A DNA stretch of 64,000 nucleotides from NCBI RefSeq assembly GCF_009914755.1, contig NC_060944.1; one strand, given 5' to 3'. Source of the stretch: the human T2T-CHM13v2.0 reference genome, Homo sapiens. Below the pieces are notes generated by a model, which was given only the letters and a program-made list of their open reading frames with translations, searched no databases and had not been told where the DNA came from. How positions within the stretch are numbered: position 1 is the first letter of the stretch; each line of letters starts with the position of its first letter. Made by a program: the position numbers and the translations under genes. Below, piece by piece: positions 35,485 to 57,480 of this stretch.

Positions 35485-36490
35485 GCTTTCTGACACCAAA
35501 AGCATAAGTAACAAAAGAAAAAAATAAGTAAATTGGACTTCACCAAAATTTAAAACTTTTGTGCAATCAGAGGACAACTGGCAGAATGGAAGAAAATATT
35601 TCAAAATATATCTTTGATAAGGGATCAATATGCAGAATATATAAAGAATTCTTACAACTCAACAATTAATAAACAACCCAATTAAAAAGTAGGCAAAGGA
35701 CTTACATAGAGAATTTCCCAAAAAAGATATACAAGTGGCCATCAAGCACATGAAAGATGCTCAACATGACTGATTACTAAGGAAATGCAAATCAAAACCA
35801 TAGTAAGATATCACTTCATACATATTAAGATGGCAATCATCAAAAAAGCAGGGAATAACAAATGTTGGTGAGGATGTAAACAAGTCGAAACTCTTGTACA
35901 TTGCCCGTGGACTCTACAGCGATATAGTCATGGTGGAAAAGAGTACAGTGGTTCCTAAATTAAAAACAAATGGAACATAGGCTGGGCTCAGTGGCTCATG
36001 CCTGTTATCCCAGCACTTTAGGACACCGAGGCAGCCAGATCACGAGGTCAGGAGTTCAAGACCAGCCTGACCAACGTGTTGAAACCTTGTCTCAACTAAA
36101 AATACAAAAATTAGTTGGGCGTGGTTCTGTGTGCCGGTAATCCCAGCTACTCAGGAGGCTAAGGCAGCAGAATCATTGGAATCTGGGAGATAGAGGTTGC
36201 CGTGAGCCATGAGAGTCAGACTCCATCTCAAAAATAAATAAATAAATGAATAAATAAATAAATAAATACAAATGAAACATAGAATTACTATGTCAGTCAG
36301 CAAGTCCACTTCTGGGTTTAAACCCACAAAAATTGAAAGCAGGGACTTCAACAGATATTTGTAAATTCATGTGTATAGCAACATTATTCATGACAGCCAA
36401 AAGGTGGAAGCATTCATTGACAGAGGAATGGATAAACAAAATGTGGTATAGATATACAGTGGAATACTACTTAGACTTAAAAAGGGACAT
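35485..36490 (+). mobile_element. Old L1 (L1M) ORF2 3' fragment with nested Alu (35980-36270)
   Basis: 'aattggacttcaccaaaatttaaaacttttgtgc', 'ggaaatgcaaatcaaaacca', 'ggataaacaaaatgtggtata'. Confidence 0.85.
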
Positions 36491-37593
36491 TCTGTGGAAT
36501 GTGGCTTGAAAACCACTTCTGTAAGGTGTTGTGTAAATGTACAAAATCCAAACCAGGGTAATAACCTCAAAATATAAAATTTAACTTATAATATTAAGAC
36601 CCTGATAAATTTCACTCTCTGCTTCATAGCAAATAATTTGTTTTGAATGCAGGTATATTTTGTTAAGTAGAAAACTGTGCACTAAAATATAGTGCTTAAA
36701 CCAAAATCCTACGTATAAAACCACATATTTTCTGTTGATTTGCATTTTTTAAATGTAAAAATGGATTCACATTTCTGTGTGTAAAATGCCAGACTCAAAA
36801 TACTTTTACTGCTATGATTCCATGTCTTATTTACTGAGGAGGCAAACCATACTAACCCAGAATCATGGTATTGTGACCATCCATTTTAAATATAATTGCC
36901 TCTACTATTTCTAAGTCCCTGTTCTGCAACCCTGTGGCTCTTTTAAATTTGAGAAACAGTTTTGATGGGCCCTGTATTGAGTATTATTATTTCCCAGAGG
37001 TACTATTAATAGTTTATGGCCAGACCATCCATCCCTGAGTTTCCATTAAAAGAAAGAGGGTCTATGGCACTGTAACTTTTTCCCACCATTGACCATCTGC
37101 CCTTGCTCCTCAGGAGCTCCCCGTGCCTCCCTGTGTATGTCTATCCCTGCAAATGCCAAGGATATGGAATAAGTGAGCCTACTGCCCCTGTGGCACTGCA
37201 GGGGGACTCCTTGGTGAAGTGTCTACATCTATCTGATGTCTCCTCACTTCTTCAATCTGCTCGCTAATGTAGAATTAGGTCAGGCACAAGCTATCACAAA
37301 AAAAAAAGGAAACATAGAGTGTTTGATGTCCACAAATGTATTCACTGTAGGTAACTTAGAAATACATATGCACAAAATCCAAACCAAATATACACCCTAA
37401 ATATCACCACTAGAAACAACTATTTTGGAATACTTATAGTACTCTCATTATTATTTTAATTAGTCATTTGTGATCTCTTTTACTTAAAACGTAAAAACTG
37501 AGTACTAAATGATTTTTTAAGATACGCAACTGGTAGAAAAACCTAATCTACTATTTTCACAAAACTTCAACACAATAAACACTTATTACAAAA

Positions 37594-39982
<2,389 letters not shown>

Positions 39983-40991
39983 AAAGAGAGAAAATCTCTT
40001 AAAACTTCATAGAATCTCTATCTTTATTAATACAGTCAGCATACAATAAGGTAATCATAAAAGTATCATGAGAAATAAAATTTCATGAAAGCATATGTTT
40101 GTAGAAATAGCTCGTTTCAGGAAAAACATAGTCTTATTTTTAAAAAATTGTCTCATAATATTTTATGGCATAAAATATCTTCTTTTCAGCCAGCCATGTA
40201 TATCTTTACAAAATACACATAGTAATCAACTAATAGGCAATCCTCATCAGGATCAATGAAAATCAATTGTTAAAGTAATATAAATTAATATACATTTATA
40301 AGGGAATTTCCATGAATTATCTTTTGGACCAAAAAACTATCTAGTCTGTAAATGGATCAGGTGTAGTGCATTTACAGGGTAGGTACTGAGGCCGGAAATA
40401 TTCAAGAGAGAGATTCGGACTTCAGAAAGACGAACTTGAGAGAGTTAGCTGCAGAGCAAAAGCACTAATTCAGGACTGGTGGAATAGGATAGCATAGAAA
40501 AGACATGGGGAAGAAGAGAATATTTGTTTCCATGCATGCATGTATTGATACAAGCAAGCTTCCATCAAAAAATGACTTTCTTCTAAAGGTCCATATGGCA
40601 TAAACATTAACACTTTTCCTTTACTGCCTCACAGATCAGCTTTTCTTCCAAAGATTCTCTTTCTGGAAAAGTAAAGTCCAGAAAGAGAAATATTTAATTG
40701 TTATAGTCATAAAAATTATAATTAGTCACTAATGCTGCAGTCAGGGTAGAAGAGAGAGAAGTTCCAACTTTAGCCATACTTTCATCAAGTTTTCCTTCTA
40801 CTTTTAAAGACAAGCATACAGGAATGAAAGTGAGTGTTGTTATTCTGGAGAAATTCTCTTAAATTTATGAAAGAACAAATTACTCATAATTATGAGATTT
40901 TGTAATCAGTAATACATTTCTTATTATAGTTTTTATCACTGTGCGTCAACTGAGAAGGTTGAGACTTTCTGCTCAACATGATACCATATTA

Positions 40992-41339
40992 CAGTCATGC
41001 ACCACATAACGATGTTTCGTCAACGACAGACTTGTATATACGATGGTAGACCCATACGACTATCTTACTGTATTTTACTGTACCTTTTCTATGTTGATGT
41101 TTGCTTAGAAACACAAATATCTACCATTGTGTTACAATTGCCTACAGTATTGAGTAAAGTAACATGCTATAAAGTTTTGTAGCCTAGGAGCAATAGGCTA
41201 TACCATATTGCCTAGTTGTGTAGTAGAGGGCTGCAGTTTAGGTTAGTGTAAGTACACTCTATGATGTTTGCAGGAAAATGAAATTGCCCAACAACGCATT
41301 TTTCAGAAAGTATCTCTGTTATTAAGTGATGCATGATTT
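40992..41339 (+). mobile_element. Tigger3a/MER7A non-autonomous DNA transposon
   Basis: TA|CAGTCATGCACCACATAAC...GTTATTAAGTGATGCATGATTT|TA terminal inverted repeats; ~348 bp. Confidence 0.88.
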
Positions 41340-42415
41340 TATTCCCCCTCCCTTCTTACTCACCTGACTCCTCATTTTTTCATACCTTGCTTAACTCATC
41401 ATTTGTCAATTCTAGCCAGTTCTTACTCCTCTGCAGTGTATTTAACATTCATCCTTTCACTATCATTTCCATTGTCATGTCTCATATTTCTATTCTCTGT
41501 CATCTAGAAAATTCCAAAGTTTCCATGACATGGCACATTGGGGCCTGAGAATATTTATATGTACATTTTCCACTTCTATTGCACTCTGTCATGAAATTCA
41601 ATAACCACAGTAGTTCCTTGTTCAAAAGCCACCAATAGCTTTAAAGCACTTATCTAAAAGTGTTCAAGTAGCCTGGTCAAATATCAACATAGCTTACAGG
41701 GATTTCACTCTTATTCTACATAAAGGTTATGATTTAATCTGGACATATCATGTTCTTTCCTGATTCTTATCAGACCATTTCTTCTGTCCTCTGGAATATA
41801 GATTTCATGTGGCCGGAAAATTTTTCTTTTTTGTTCTCTGCTATACTCACGGTCCCTAATGATGTGCAAATATTAATAGTGAGAATTTTTTAATGAATTG
41901 GTTCATAAATATATGAATATTTCAAATAGTTTTGTCCCATTTTTTAACCTCTGGAAATCCCCCACTTTTTATTTTTGAATGCCGTTGACCACAGTGAGTG
42001 GTTTGGTCTCATCATAAGGGAAGATGGATCAGAATGAGTAAGAATTCTTTGATGAGTTTCAGGAAAGTGGAAAGATGTCCTGTTATTGTTTATTCAACAA
42101 ATGCTTACTGACTAACTCCTGTGTTCAAGGACCTGATTCTGTTGTTTCTATCTTTAAAGGCTTCAAAATCTAGAACTTGAGATAGAAAGAAAACCTACTT
42201 AGGACACGTTGTTTATTTCAATATTTTGATATTAATCATAAAATAAAATGAAAAAACATAGAAGTCAGTTATTTTATTTACTTGAATACATTGGAGAATC
42301 TCTGAATAGGTCACTTAGAAGCCAGATTTGAAGAACGAGTTGAAATTTACTGGAGACAGAAATAGAGGAAGGGAACAGTTAGAAGATAGCCCATGAGTGG
42401 AATTAAGAATTTTCA

Positions 42416-42714
42416 GACCAGTTGTGGTGGCTCATGCCTGTAATTTCAGTACTTTGGGAGGCTAAGGTGGGAAGATCACTTGAGGTCAGGAGGTCAAGAC
42501 CAGCCTGGTTAACAGAGTGAGACCTCATCTCTACAAAAATGAAAAGCAAAAAATTAGCTGGATGTGACTGCACACCCTTGTAGTCCAAGTTATTCTAGAG
42601 GCTGAGGTGGGAGGGTTGTTTGAATCCAGGAGTTCAAGGCTGTAGGGAACCATGATTACACTACTGTATTCCCCCAGGCTAGGAGATAGAACACAACCCT
42701 GTCTCTTAAAAAAA
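42416..42714 (+). mobile_element. AluJ-like element
   Basis: Diverged full dimer. Confidence 0.9.
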
Positions 42715-42999
42715 TATGACTTTGAAACATTATGATAAAGTCCTGAAAGTGCTCTTAGTTGCCCATCCGTTTGCACAATGGAATAGCATGTGCTGTGATA
42801 ACAGAAGTGTAGGGTGCCATGAGAGCCAATTGGAAGATTATCGTACCTGGATTACAGGAAGAAATAAGGGAAAGCAACAAGGAGGATCAGGGAATGTAGA
42901 AGCTGACACATTGCAGGTGACTCAAACGTAAGTGGGAGAAGAAAGAATAGGTAAAGGTCTACCTAAAAAAAAAGAAAATAAACAGCATCAAATTTAAGA

Positions 43000-44060
43000 A
43001 TTTATAAAAATTTATTTAAAAAAGCAAGATATATGAGGGTAACAATAGTAATAAAGTCATAAATCATAAAAAATATAATTGCAAAATCCTGACTGGCTTG
43101 TTTAAAAAAGAAACGATAAGAAAATAGATAAGTTTCAATAAAATTTAATTGAGACAAAGTACACATTTAAAAATTAGAAATAAAGCATATAACAACAGAT
43201 GTGAAGGTATTTAAAGTTGATACTATGATATATTAATATTTTAAGTCTTAATAAAATAGATAATTTAACTTTATTAGGTGAATATAGCAATAACAAAGTA
43301 GTATATACTAAAAAAGAGTAACTTTTCTCCAAAAAAACCTTTACAAGCAATGGACTTATAGATTTCCTTCAATAATCAAGAAATGTGAAATGTCAACAAA
43401 ATGTCCAATGACATAGAAAAATGGGTGGGAAACAAATTTTTAACAAAACTTTTGTAAATCTGATACATAATCTGATAATGGCAACAGTGAAGAAAATTAC
43501 AGAACTTCTTTCAGATAAACATATGGAAAATCTTAGAAAAACTTACCAATATGTTAATAGAAAGTAATATGAAAATCAGAATAAATATCATAAAGTTATT
43601 GAACAAAACTCAAGAGTGATTTCTGATTAAAAAGAAAAATACAGTTATAGGGAAAAGTGGAATTACTAACACCTGACTAATATATTAAGGATGCCAATCT
43701 AAAATTTGCTAATAGCATCATATTTACAAAATCATAACTATTAACATGAGAAGGAATGTAAGATTTAATAATTAGCATTATATTACAATTCTGGGAATTC
43801 TGATCAATGCAATAAAATATCAAGCAGAAATAACTAATTCAAAAGAGGTGATAACATATTATTTACAAATATTACAAGTATAAGGAACCTTAAAATGATC
43901 ATTTTCTATAATTTATTATAGTAAATTGTTTAAGTCTACCTTAGGAAAATAACACTAAGAGAAAATGTTAACAAAAATATCTTTGGAGTTATTTATGTTA
44001 ACAAAATTTGGAAAAGCCTAAATATTTAGCTAGAAGGAAATGGTACATTGATATAGACTG
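43000..44060 (+). mobile_element. Highly decayed old L1 ORF2 fragment
   Basis: A-rich strand with remnants such as 'attctgggaattctgatcaatgcaataaaatatcaagcagaaata'. Confidence 0.5.
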
Positions 44061-46185
44061 GCATTAAACTTAGTTTCTTGATTTGATTAAACTTAGTTTC
44101 TATGAGACATTTGTATCATTCAAAGTTGTATGTATAGACACTGACTGAAACACAAAGTGGGTTATAATATTGAATATGTAATATAATGGCAACCATGAAG
44201 AAAATATCAGAGAACCAAATGGAAGGAAAAGAGCAGAACCTGAATAATGATTACCTTTGGACAGTGGGATCTTAGTTCCTTTTCCTCTTCCTACTAATTT
44301 AAAATTTGCAAATTTATTACCTTGAGAATATGAGAATACATTATACTTATAATTAGAAAACATAAAATGAGTGCTAAATAAACAATATACCAAATTCTGT
44401 TTAGAATTCACTTCCCCAAGAAACTTTGCTGGATTAATCCCACTGGCATTGATCATTATTTTATATGGCACTCTCATACTTATGTATTCAGTTTCTACCA
44501 TATTATTTTGCATGTTTTAAAAAGTCAGTTTATAAGCATAATTATGGCATTTCTACATTTATATAGTGTAGTCTCCAAACTGAATTATAAGCTTGAGGAT
44601 ATGAGGAACCACAGTGTATTTCCAACTATATTTATACAATAAATCATGTGGTACTTTTCACAGAGTGAATGTTGTTAACTTACTGAACACCTGATGAAAC
44701 ATGGGAAAGACGGCAATGTCTGACAAGAGGAACAGACGTGAAATAAAACCCAACATTCTGTATAATTCTTATTGTCTCTTAACCCTACTTGTTGAATTAT
44801 GAAAACTACATATACAAAAATTTGAGCATTATACTCTTTAGCTGTACATTATCATTTCAAAGCAAACTTATACATGGCTCTCACTATTACAATAATCTTC
44901 CTACTGTAAAAACTTTTAAGCTGTAACTTTCTGCCATTACTACATTACCTTCATATTAATTTATGCCATACTTCTTTCTGAATTTCTGACAATATTCATC
45001 TGAAGTATTTTTGTGTAAAAATTAGATAGTAACAGGAAAATAGATAACTGCTTCTAATAGGTAGAAGTCATTAATACAGCTTTGCCTATTAACACATACA
45101 CACTATTTCTTCATGTCCCAGATGTTCAGGTATATGGGAATGAAACAAATTAATGAGTTGGAACCTCTTGATTCAGTTATTCTGGTGACAAATAATCTGT
45201 ATAGCTCATGGACGATTGTTTTACCCTTGACAAAGTGGCTGCAATTGTTACTTACAGATGTAGCCACATTTAATTTCTTTTCTCCACTCCCCACTGCATT
45301 GTATTTGTTATTCTTGATATGAGAAATGTGTTAAGAAACATGCCACTAACTGCATGTGCTCCCCATACAATTAGCTACAGAAATAAGTGATAACTCATAT
45401 TATTTACAAATATTACAAGTATAAACCTTAAAATAATCATTTTCTATAATTTGTTATCAATTGTTAAGTTTATTTTAACAATTATCAATTAGCTACAGAA
45501 CACGAGTAGTGTTTCTTACTTTAGCCAGATGTAAACATGTGATGTGGTAATATAGTGAAGAATATTATTCACTTCAGGGGATAGGGCTTTGGTCAAGAAT
45601 TTTGAGAAACTCTTGAAAAAGGAAAAGAAAATCCCCCATGATAGTAATACAATTCCAAAAGCAAAAGGAGAAAAAATGTAAATGTATTAAATCAAAAAAT
45701 GTTTTAAGGTAAGGCAAAAGTAGGTATAGAATGGTGAGTCACATACAAATTGTGAAAGTGAGTAATGACCCAGAAATCAAAGGAGAGGGAAAAATATGGT
45801 AGGTGAATATGGTTGCAATGCTAATTAAAAAATGTTATTAGCAGCTAGCTCAATTCAAGTTTTGAATAAATAGAAATAGAGTGTTTATAATGGTACACTT
45901 AATCTACTGGTGACAATATTAAGATAATTGTTGAAATATACTTAAAAGAAGTTAGTGAAAGCAGAGAATGAAAGACTATTGAACTTTTCTGGTCTGTTGT
46001 GTAAAAATTTGCCTATATCCAACATACAGGCACAAAAATAAAATACTGGAAATAGAGAGCAAATCTTGGCCATTCAAATGAGAGTCAGCTATTAATTCTT
46101 TGGCCATAGGCTATATTCCTACAAGCGAACTTTGGCTAAAATATGCAATTCAATACAGATACTCATTTTTCAAGGGTTTACAACC

Positions 46186-46879
<694 letters not shown>

Positions 46880-47933
46880 ACAAACCAAGGATGAATGTTT
46901 GAGGCACCTGTCAAAATACACATTTGAAAAGATCAGAAAGTCTGCAATGCCAAATGAATTACATTAGTAGAGGCAAATTCTAACAATGAAATTAGAAGAA
47001 CTGCAAACAGAAAGAATCACAGAGAGAACCATTTAATTTTAACATTGAGGAAAAACTTTGAATGTGGGTTCCATTCAATTGTACAACAACTCAATGTATA
47101 CAGCATCAACACTTTTAAAACATTGAGATAAAATATTTTTGATTTTATCAAATTTGATGTAATGCTAGAAGAAGAATTCATACTTTGAAGGGACTGTGAT
47201 AAATTTAAGGATTTATTTAGTTCTGTTTGCACTTGCTACATGCTGTTTCCAATATGAATATTTTCACAAGATTTACATGTCTAATACATGAGTTGGCTCC
47301 TGACCTTGAAGCAATTGGTAGTAATAGATACACTGGTAAAAAAAAAAAAATAGGACTTCTGCTGTCCTGCATGACCATGGACATGGACATCTTAGTATTT
47401 ATGCATAATAAAAACTTTCAGTTCAGCTTAGTAAATATTTATTGACAATGTGCTAATCATGAGGAGGACTGTGGATAAAGGTGGATGATAAAGATAAATT
47501 TAAGTTGGGAAAACTACCAGCACTACATCTACAAGGGCTGAAAGTATATACAAGTCAGAAGCACACAGAAATCACTGAACCACAAAGTAAATGGCCATAA
47601 GTGCTGTTATATACCCAAACCATGTCCTACTTATATAGTCCTTTAAATGGATAAATAATACATTAATTCTGACTGGGAAGGGAGAAAGTTTCTAGGAATA
47701 GTTCTTTAAAAAGTTGCATCAGTTTTGAATAATACATAGAAAGAGACTGTTACAGAAGAACAGCTAGCTAACGGAAGACCTAGCATAATTTTATTCTTGC
47801 ACAATATCAGGGAACCCAACAGTTTTGTCAGCAGTAGCTACTTTTAATTTCTTTGGATACTTGAGATCATCTGGTAAGATAGTGGTAAGTAAGGTTGCTG
47901 ATGAAGACTTTGATTAAGAAAGGATTTATCAGG

Positions 47934-49448
47934 AGCTGGGCACAGTCGCTCATGCCTGTAATCCCAGCCATGTAGGAGGATGAGGCAGGAAGACTGCTTA
48001 AGTCCAGGAATTAGAGATTAACCTGGGCAATATAGCCAGACCACCTTCTCTACCAAAAAATAAAAGACAATTAGATGGGCATTGTGGCACATGCCTGTGG
48101 CCCCAGCTATTGGGGAGACTGAGGTAAAAAGATCACTTGGGCCCAGGAGTTTGAGGCTACAATAAGCTATGATTTTGGTGGCAGCGGCTGCTGCCATCAT
48201 GCCAGCTGCAAGGGAGAGGTGTGGCTGGGGTTGTATGCTCCCTGGAGTTGGCAGGATGGGGACAAGTGGGAGCCCTGCCCCTTCTGAGTTGGAATGGGAG
48301 CTCCCTGGGTGCTGCTGCAGCTGCCCAAAGTGCAGCTGTAGCTGTAGACCTGGACCTCCCACTCCATGGAGCAGACAGGAGTTTATCCAACTCCCCTGCT
48401 CTGTCCCCACCCCAGCCCACCACCCAGCCACCCAAACCAATGCTGCAGACTCAGGCAACCCTGCACTCTTGGGGAGGCTGGGAACGCCCCCCTTGCCCCT
48501 TGCAGGCTTGGAGGCACCTCCTCCTGCTGCCTGGCCTCTCCCACCTCCTGGCTCTGTGCTCTGATCTCAGAGTGGGGTTGGGACCCAGCAGGGTGCTGTC
48601 ACAGCCCAGCCAGGTGTGCACACATTGGAAGCAGTGCTGACATGCCCGTTCCCTGCCACCTCAGCCCCCTCTGGACTTTGGACACCGAGGAGCAGGAGCA
48701 TGAGAGGGGAAGCTGAGGGGGTCTGAGGGTGGCTGGGCACTGGCCTGCAAGTGCCCCTTGATGCCAGCAGCCTGGGTGCCATGGATGGCTGTCGGAGTCA
48801 GACAGGCTCCTGTGTGGAAGCGGATGGGTCCCCAGTGAAACCCCACCTGCAGGCTAGGCTGCCAGTCCTGCAGACTGGAGGCAAATCTCATGGTGTTTTT
48901 TCCTGGGCCCCCCCATGGCTGCCCATGGACCAATGGGCATACACTTCCTCCCCTCTGACATCCATAAAAGCCCAGGACTCAGCCAGAACAGGGCAGAAGA
49001 CAGAGGAGGGAAGACTAGAGGCAGGAAGGAGTTATCCTTTCTGCTGATAGCTGGAGACAATGGGAGGGCCAGCTACTTTCTCTGCTGAATGCTTCAGAGA
49101 CCTGCAGAGATGTCTGGGAACCACCAGCTGCAGACAGGAGCAACCCTCTCCAGGGATTCCCTTTCTGCTGAGAGCTGAACACTTGACAGAACAACCTAGA
49201 GAGGAGCTACCCACTATGGATCTCCTCTGAGCTGTTCTAACACTTAATAAAGCTCCTCTCCTTTAAACCTTCACTTGTCTACCTACACAATTCTTCCTGG
49301 ATGCAGGACAAGAACTCAGGCAAAGATGTCACCAACCACAGTTTTCCAACCAGAAAATCGACACCCCAAAGATTCTGTAACAATTGCACCACTGCACTCC
49401 AGCCTAGGTGACAGAGTGATACCCTGACTCTTAAAAAAAGAAAAAAAA
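47934..49448 (+). mobile_element. AluJ split by an LTR (Alu parts 47934-48175 and 49383-49448)
   Basis: Alu stops at 'gctatgatt' and resumes at 'attgcaccactgcactccagcc'. Confidence 0.88.
48176..49382 (+). mobile_element. MER52-like ERV1 solo LTR
   Basis: TG...CA ends ('tggtggcagcggctgctgccatc' ... 'cccaaagattctgtaaca'), AATAAA near 49246, approximate 4-bp TSD attt/attg. Confidence 0.8.
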
Positions 49449-50006
49449 GGAATTATCCACAAGTTATTAGATAAGACTGCTAATAGCTTCTAATTGCGAT
49501 ACCTTCCCGTTTGAAATGGAAGGGATGGAAGTTAACACCAGGTCAGTTTTCCAAAAGTTATAACTCTGCTTTTGGCCTCTTTCAGCTCCAGTCAGACATT
49601 AGCAATGCTCAGTTACCTTCAATATTAAGCCGGTCCTGACATGAAACTGGCAGCATTTGAGAACACTGACCCAGACTTGAAGGTAGATCTGGAATTAGGA
49701 TTGCTGCTTTAAGCCCAGTATCAAGTTATACAATGAATCATGAATTTCTCATAAACCAAATTTAGTGGATTTTTTTCCTATATTTCTGATGATAACTTTG
49801 CCTTGATTATATATTTAAACAATTCATTTGCTGTATCTTCATTACTGTCCCAAATGTTTTGGGTTGACATACTGATGTTAGCTAGTGGTTTTGGTCTCAA
49901 GTTTCAGTAGCTGCTCCAATGTAAAATGAACACACATAAATCTTAGGTTTTTACTCATATGATACCTTGTCTGACACTATCTTCGTCTATCAAATAAAGG
50001 GTTTAG

Positions 50007-50354
50007 TATTTTCTTAGTCAATGTGGGCTGCTCTAACAGAAAACACAGATTGAGTGGCTAAAACAACAATTTGTTTTTCACAGATCTGTAGGCTGTAAAT
50101 CTGAAATCAGGGAGTCAGCATGGTTGGGTTCTTGGTGAAGGCTGTCTTCCTGACTTACAGATGGCTGTCTTATTTTATCCTCACACGGAGGAGAGAAAAC
50201 TCTCTTGTATATCTTCTTAGAAGGGCAATAGTTTCCTTTGATGAGGGTTTCCTCTTCATGACCTAATTACCTCCCAAAGGTTTACCTCCTAATACCAATA
50301 CATTGAGAGTTAGGATTTCAATGTATGAATTTGAGGGATTTGCAGTTCATAATA
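50007..50354 (-). mobile_element. MaLR solo LTR (MLT1A-like)
   Basis: 'tcttagtcaatgtgggctgctctaacag...catgacctaattacctcccaaagg...atttcaatgtatgaatttgaggg'. Confidence 0.8.
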
Positions 50355-51959
50355 ACTATCAATGTCAACTCAGTTCAAGCTTGAATTTGTTTTGCTTTGG
50401 GTGACAAATCTCTAACTAATTTGAATTCATCTTTCCCCAGTCTGGTTCAGTGTTGTCTTCTTTCTCCTTCACCACCAACAGTTAGCAAGATGTCAGATTT
50501 ACTTGAGGCTAAGTCTGTTTTAGTTATCACAATAGAGAACCCTGTAAGCTATATCTTAGTTGCCCCTTTCATAATATTTTTCATTATGGAAAAAATACAT
50601 TCTAAACATTGTTCCTATTCTACGAAACTTGGCTGCATCTTTGCAACAAAAATAATGTGGACATTTGCCAAATACAGCTGTAGAGAAAGGTAAAATCATT
50701 GCTCTGAATTATTCATAAAATCACAGAAATTAGGGACAAACACTAAGTAAGGATGAATTATTCAGTGACTTGAAACAGATATTTTCTTTATTTTCTCAAG
50801 TAATTTGAAATGTACTGCAATTTACATCCTCAGTGTTATAAATATATGATGTTTCTCTTTTAGTGAAAAGCACCCAACAGTACTTGTTAAACAAATGAGT
50901 TTTTTTCTCTTCCCATCTCTAAAAGCATTTTTATACCTACACATCTACAAATATGTTTTAATAGACCTAACCTCTCTATGATGTCATTTTCCCCTTGGGT
51001 ACCGGAATATATATTTAGTCCTGTAGAATTATTTAGCTCTCAGTTGCTGAGTTACTATTTCCCAGGAGTTGCATTGCCCAAAGTAATGTGGACATTTTTC
51101 TCATTTTAAATTTCACCTCACATGGTCCTTTGGTTTTGTTACATTTTGTACCTGTTTTGATTGGTTTTTTTTCCTCTCTATGGAAATTATTTGCCAAGTA
51201 AGGAGAAAAACTGTTGATGTTTTTCCTTATTCAAAAATTATGGTAGATGAAAAAAATCGGATTAAATAACTCTATTACAGTCTTTCTCAACTTTTTACTA
51301 AGATAAACATGAAGGCACTGAAAAGGTGAAATTTTCAGCTATTGAAAATTTGGAATGTAGGACATCATGCCGAGATTTGAGGAAACGTATCAATAATTTA
51401 GCAATGGATGGTAGTAGATACACAAAAAGCAATTAGAAGCAAAAAGGCCTTGGATTCTTTTCATGTTAAAGAAAATACATTCTGAAAGTAAGTACAAAGA
51501 CCCTTTGTATTTACTTTATAACCTGTTCCCTAACAGAATACCAGGGCCTATGCCAAGGGAAAAACTGTGTAGAAGTGTTTTTCTCTTCTGGTGCTGATAT
51601 GGTCATAGGATGGGGATGCTCGCTCTTTGCTATTTCTCTAACCAATCTTATTACTATATCAATTAATAACAAAACATTTCAAGTCTAGTTACTGACAAGA
51701 GAGTAAACTAGAGTAGACTCCTGACTCATAACAAGGATTCAGATCTAGAGTTCTCATAGAGTGAAGAGATTATGTTTGCAACTGGGAAACGAATGTAAAA
51801 ACTGTATGGAATCCCTGGAGAGTCTGAAAGTCCCTGAGCCCGGATACAGAGAGCAAATGGCAGTTTAAGGCTGACCACCTCTCATTCCCTCCACTATTTC
51901 TCACATAAGAATATTACAGTACACTCTTCACTGCTCTCTCTGCTTCAAGCTTTGCCCTT

Positions 51960-52465
51960 CCACCTCTCTATTCCACAGAGAAGGTAGAATGCTCCTCTTA
52001 AAATACAAGGTGGATTATTTTACTCATCTGCTTAAAAACTTTTCAATGGCTTTTCATCTCATTCTGAATAAAATTCAAAGTGCTTTCCAGGCTTACAAGT
52101 CCCTGTATGATCCTGAGCCTTGAAAATATCTCTGACAAAATCTGCAGCCTCCCATTGGTCATTCCTTCTCTGTCACACTAGTGTCCTTGCTGCTGTTTTG
52201 AAATATAGAAAGCATGATTTTACTTCAGTGTCTTTATCCTTGTTATTTTCTCTGCCTGCCTTCGGTGTCTTGGGCATTCCATATGACTCATCTCCTCATT
52301 CCCCTTAGTCATTTTTCCATGTGGCATTTGAATAAAGAAATCTTCACTATCTAAAATTATACTCCCATATCCATAACTTCTTTTATTGCTCTAGATATCC
52401 TTACAGCATTTTTCATTACCATTTAGTAGCTTATTTGTCTTTCCTTACTAAAATGTAAACTAAAT
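51960..52465 (+). mobile_element. L2 fragment
   Basis: 'ttccacag...cttaaaaacttttcaatggcttttcatc...aataaaattcaaa...gtccctgtatgatcct'. Confidence 0.6.
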
Positions 52466-52479
52466 ACAGACAGAAATTT

Positions 52480-57480
<5,001 letters not shown>

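Noticed and set aside
44063-44101. 16-bp direct repeat ATTAAACTTAGTTTCT
   Set aside because: Ordinary small slippage duplication with no further structure.
46900-47300. Possible ancient hAT transposase remnant
   Set aside because: Only a compositional impression; no terminal repeats or clear motif.
48018-49060. Cluster of GC-rich ORFs up to 146 aa
   Set aside because: Almost entirely within the MER52-like LTR and the Alu it interrupts.
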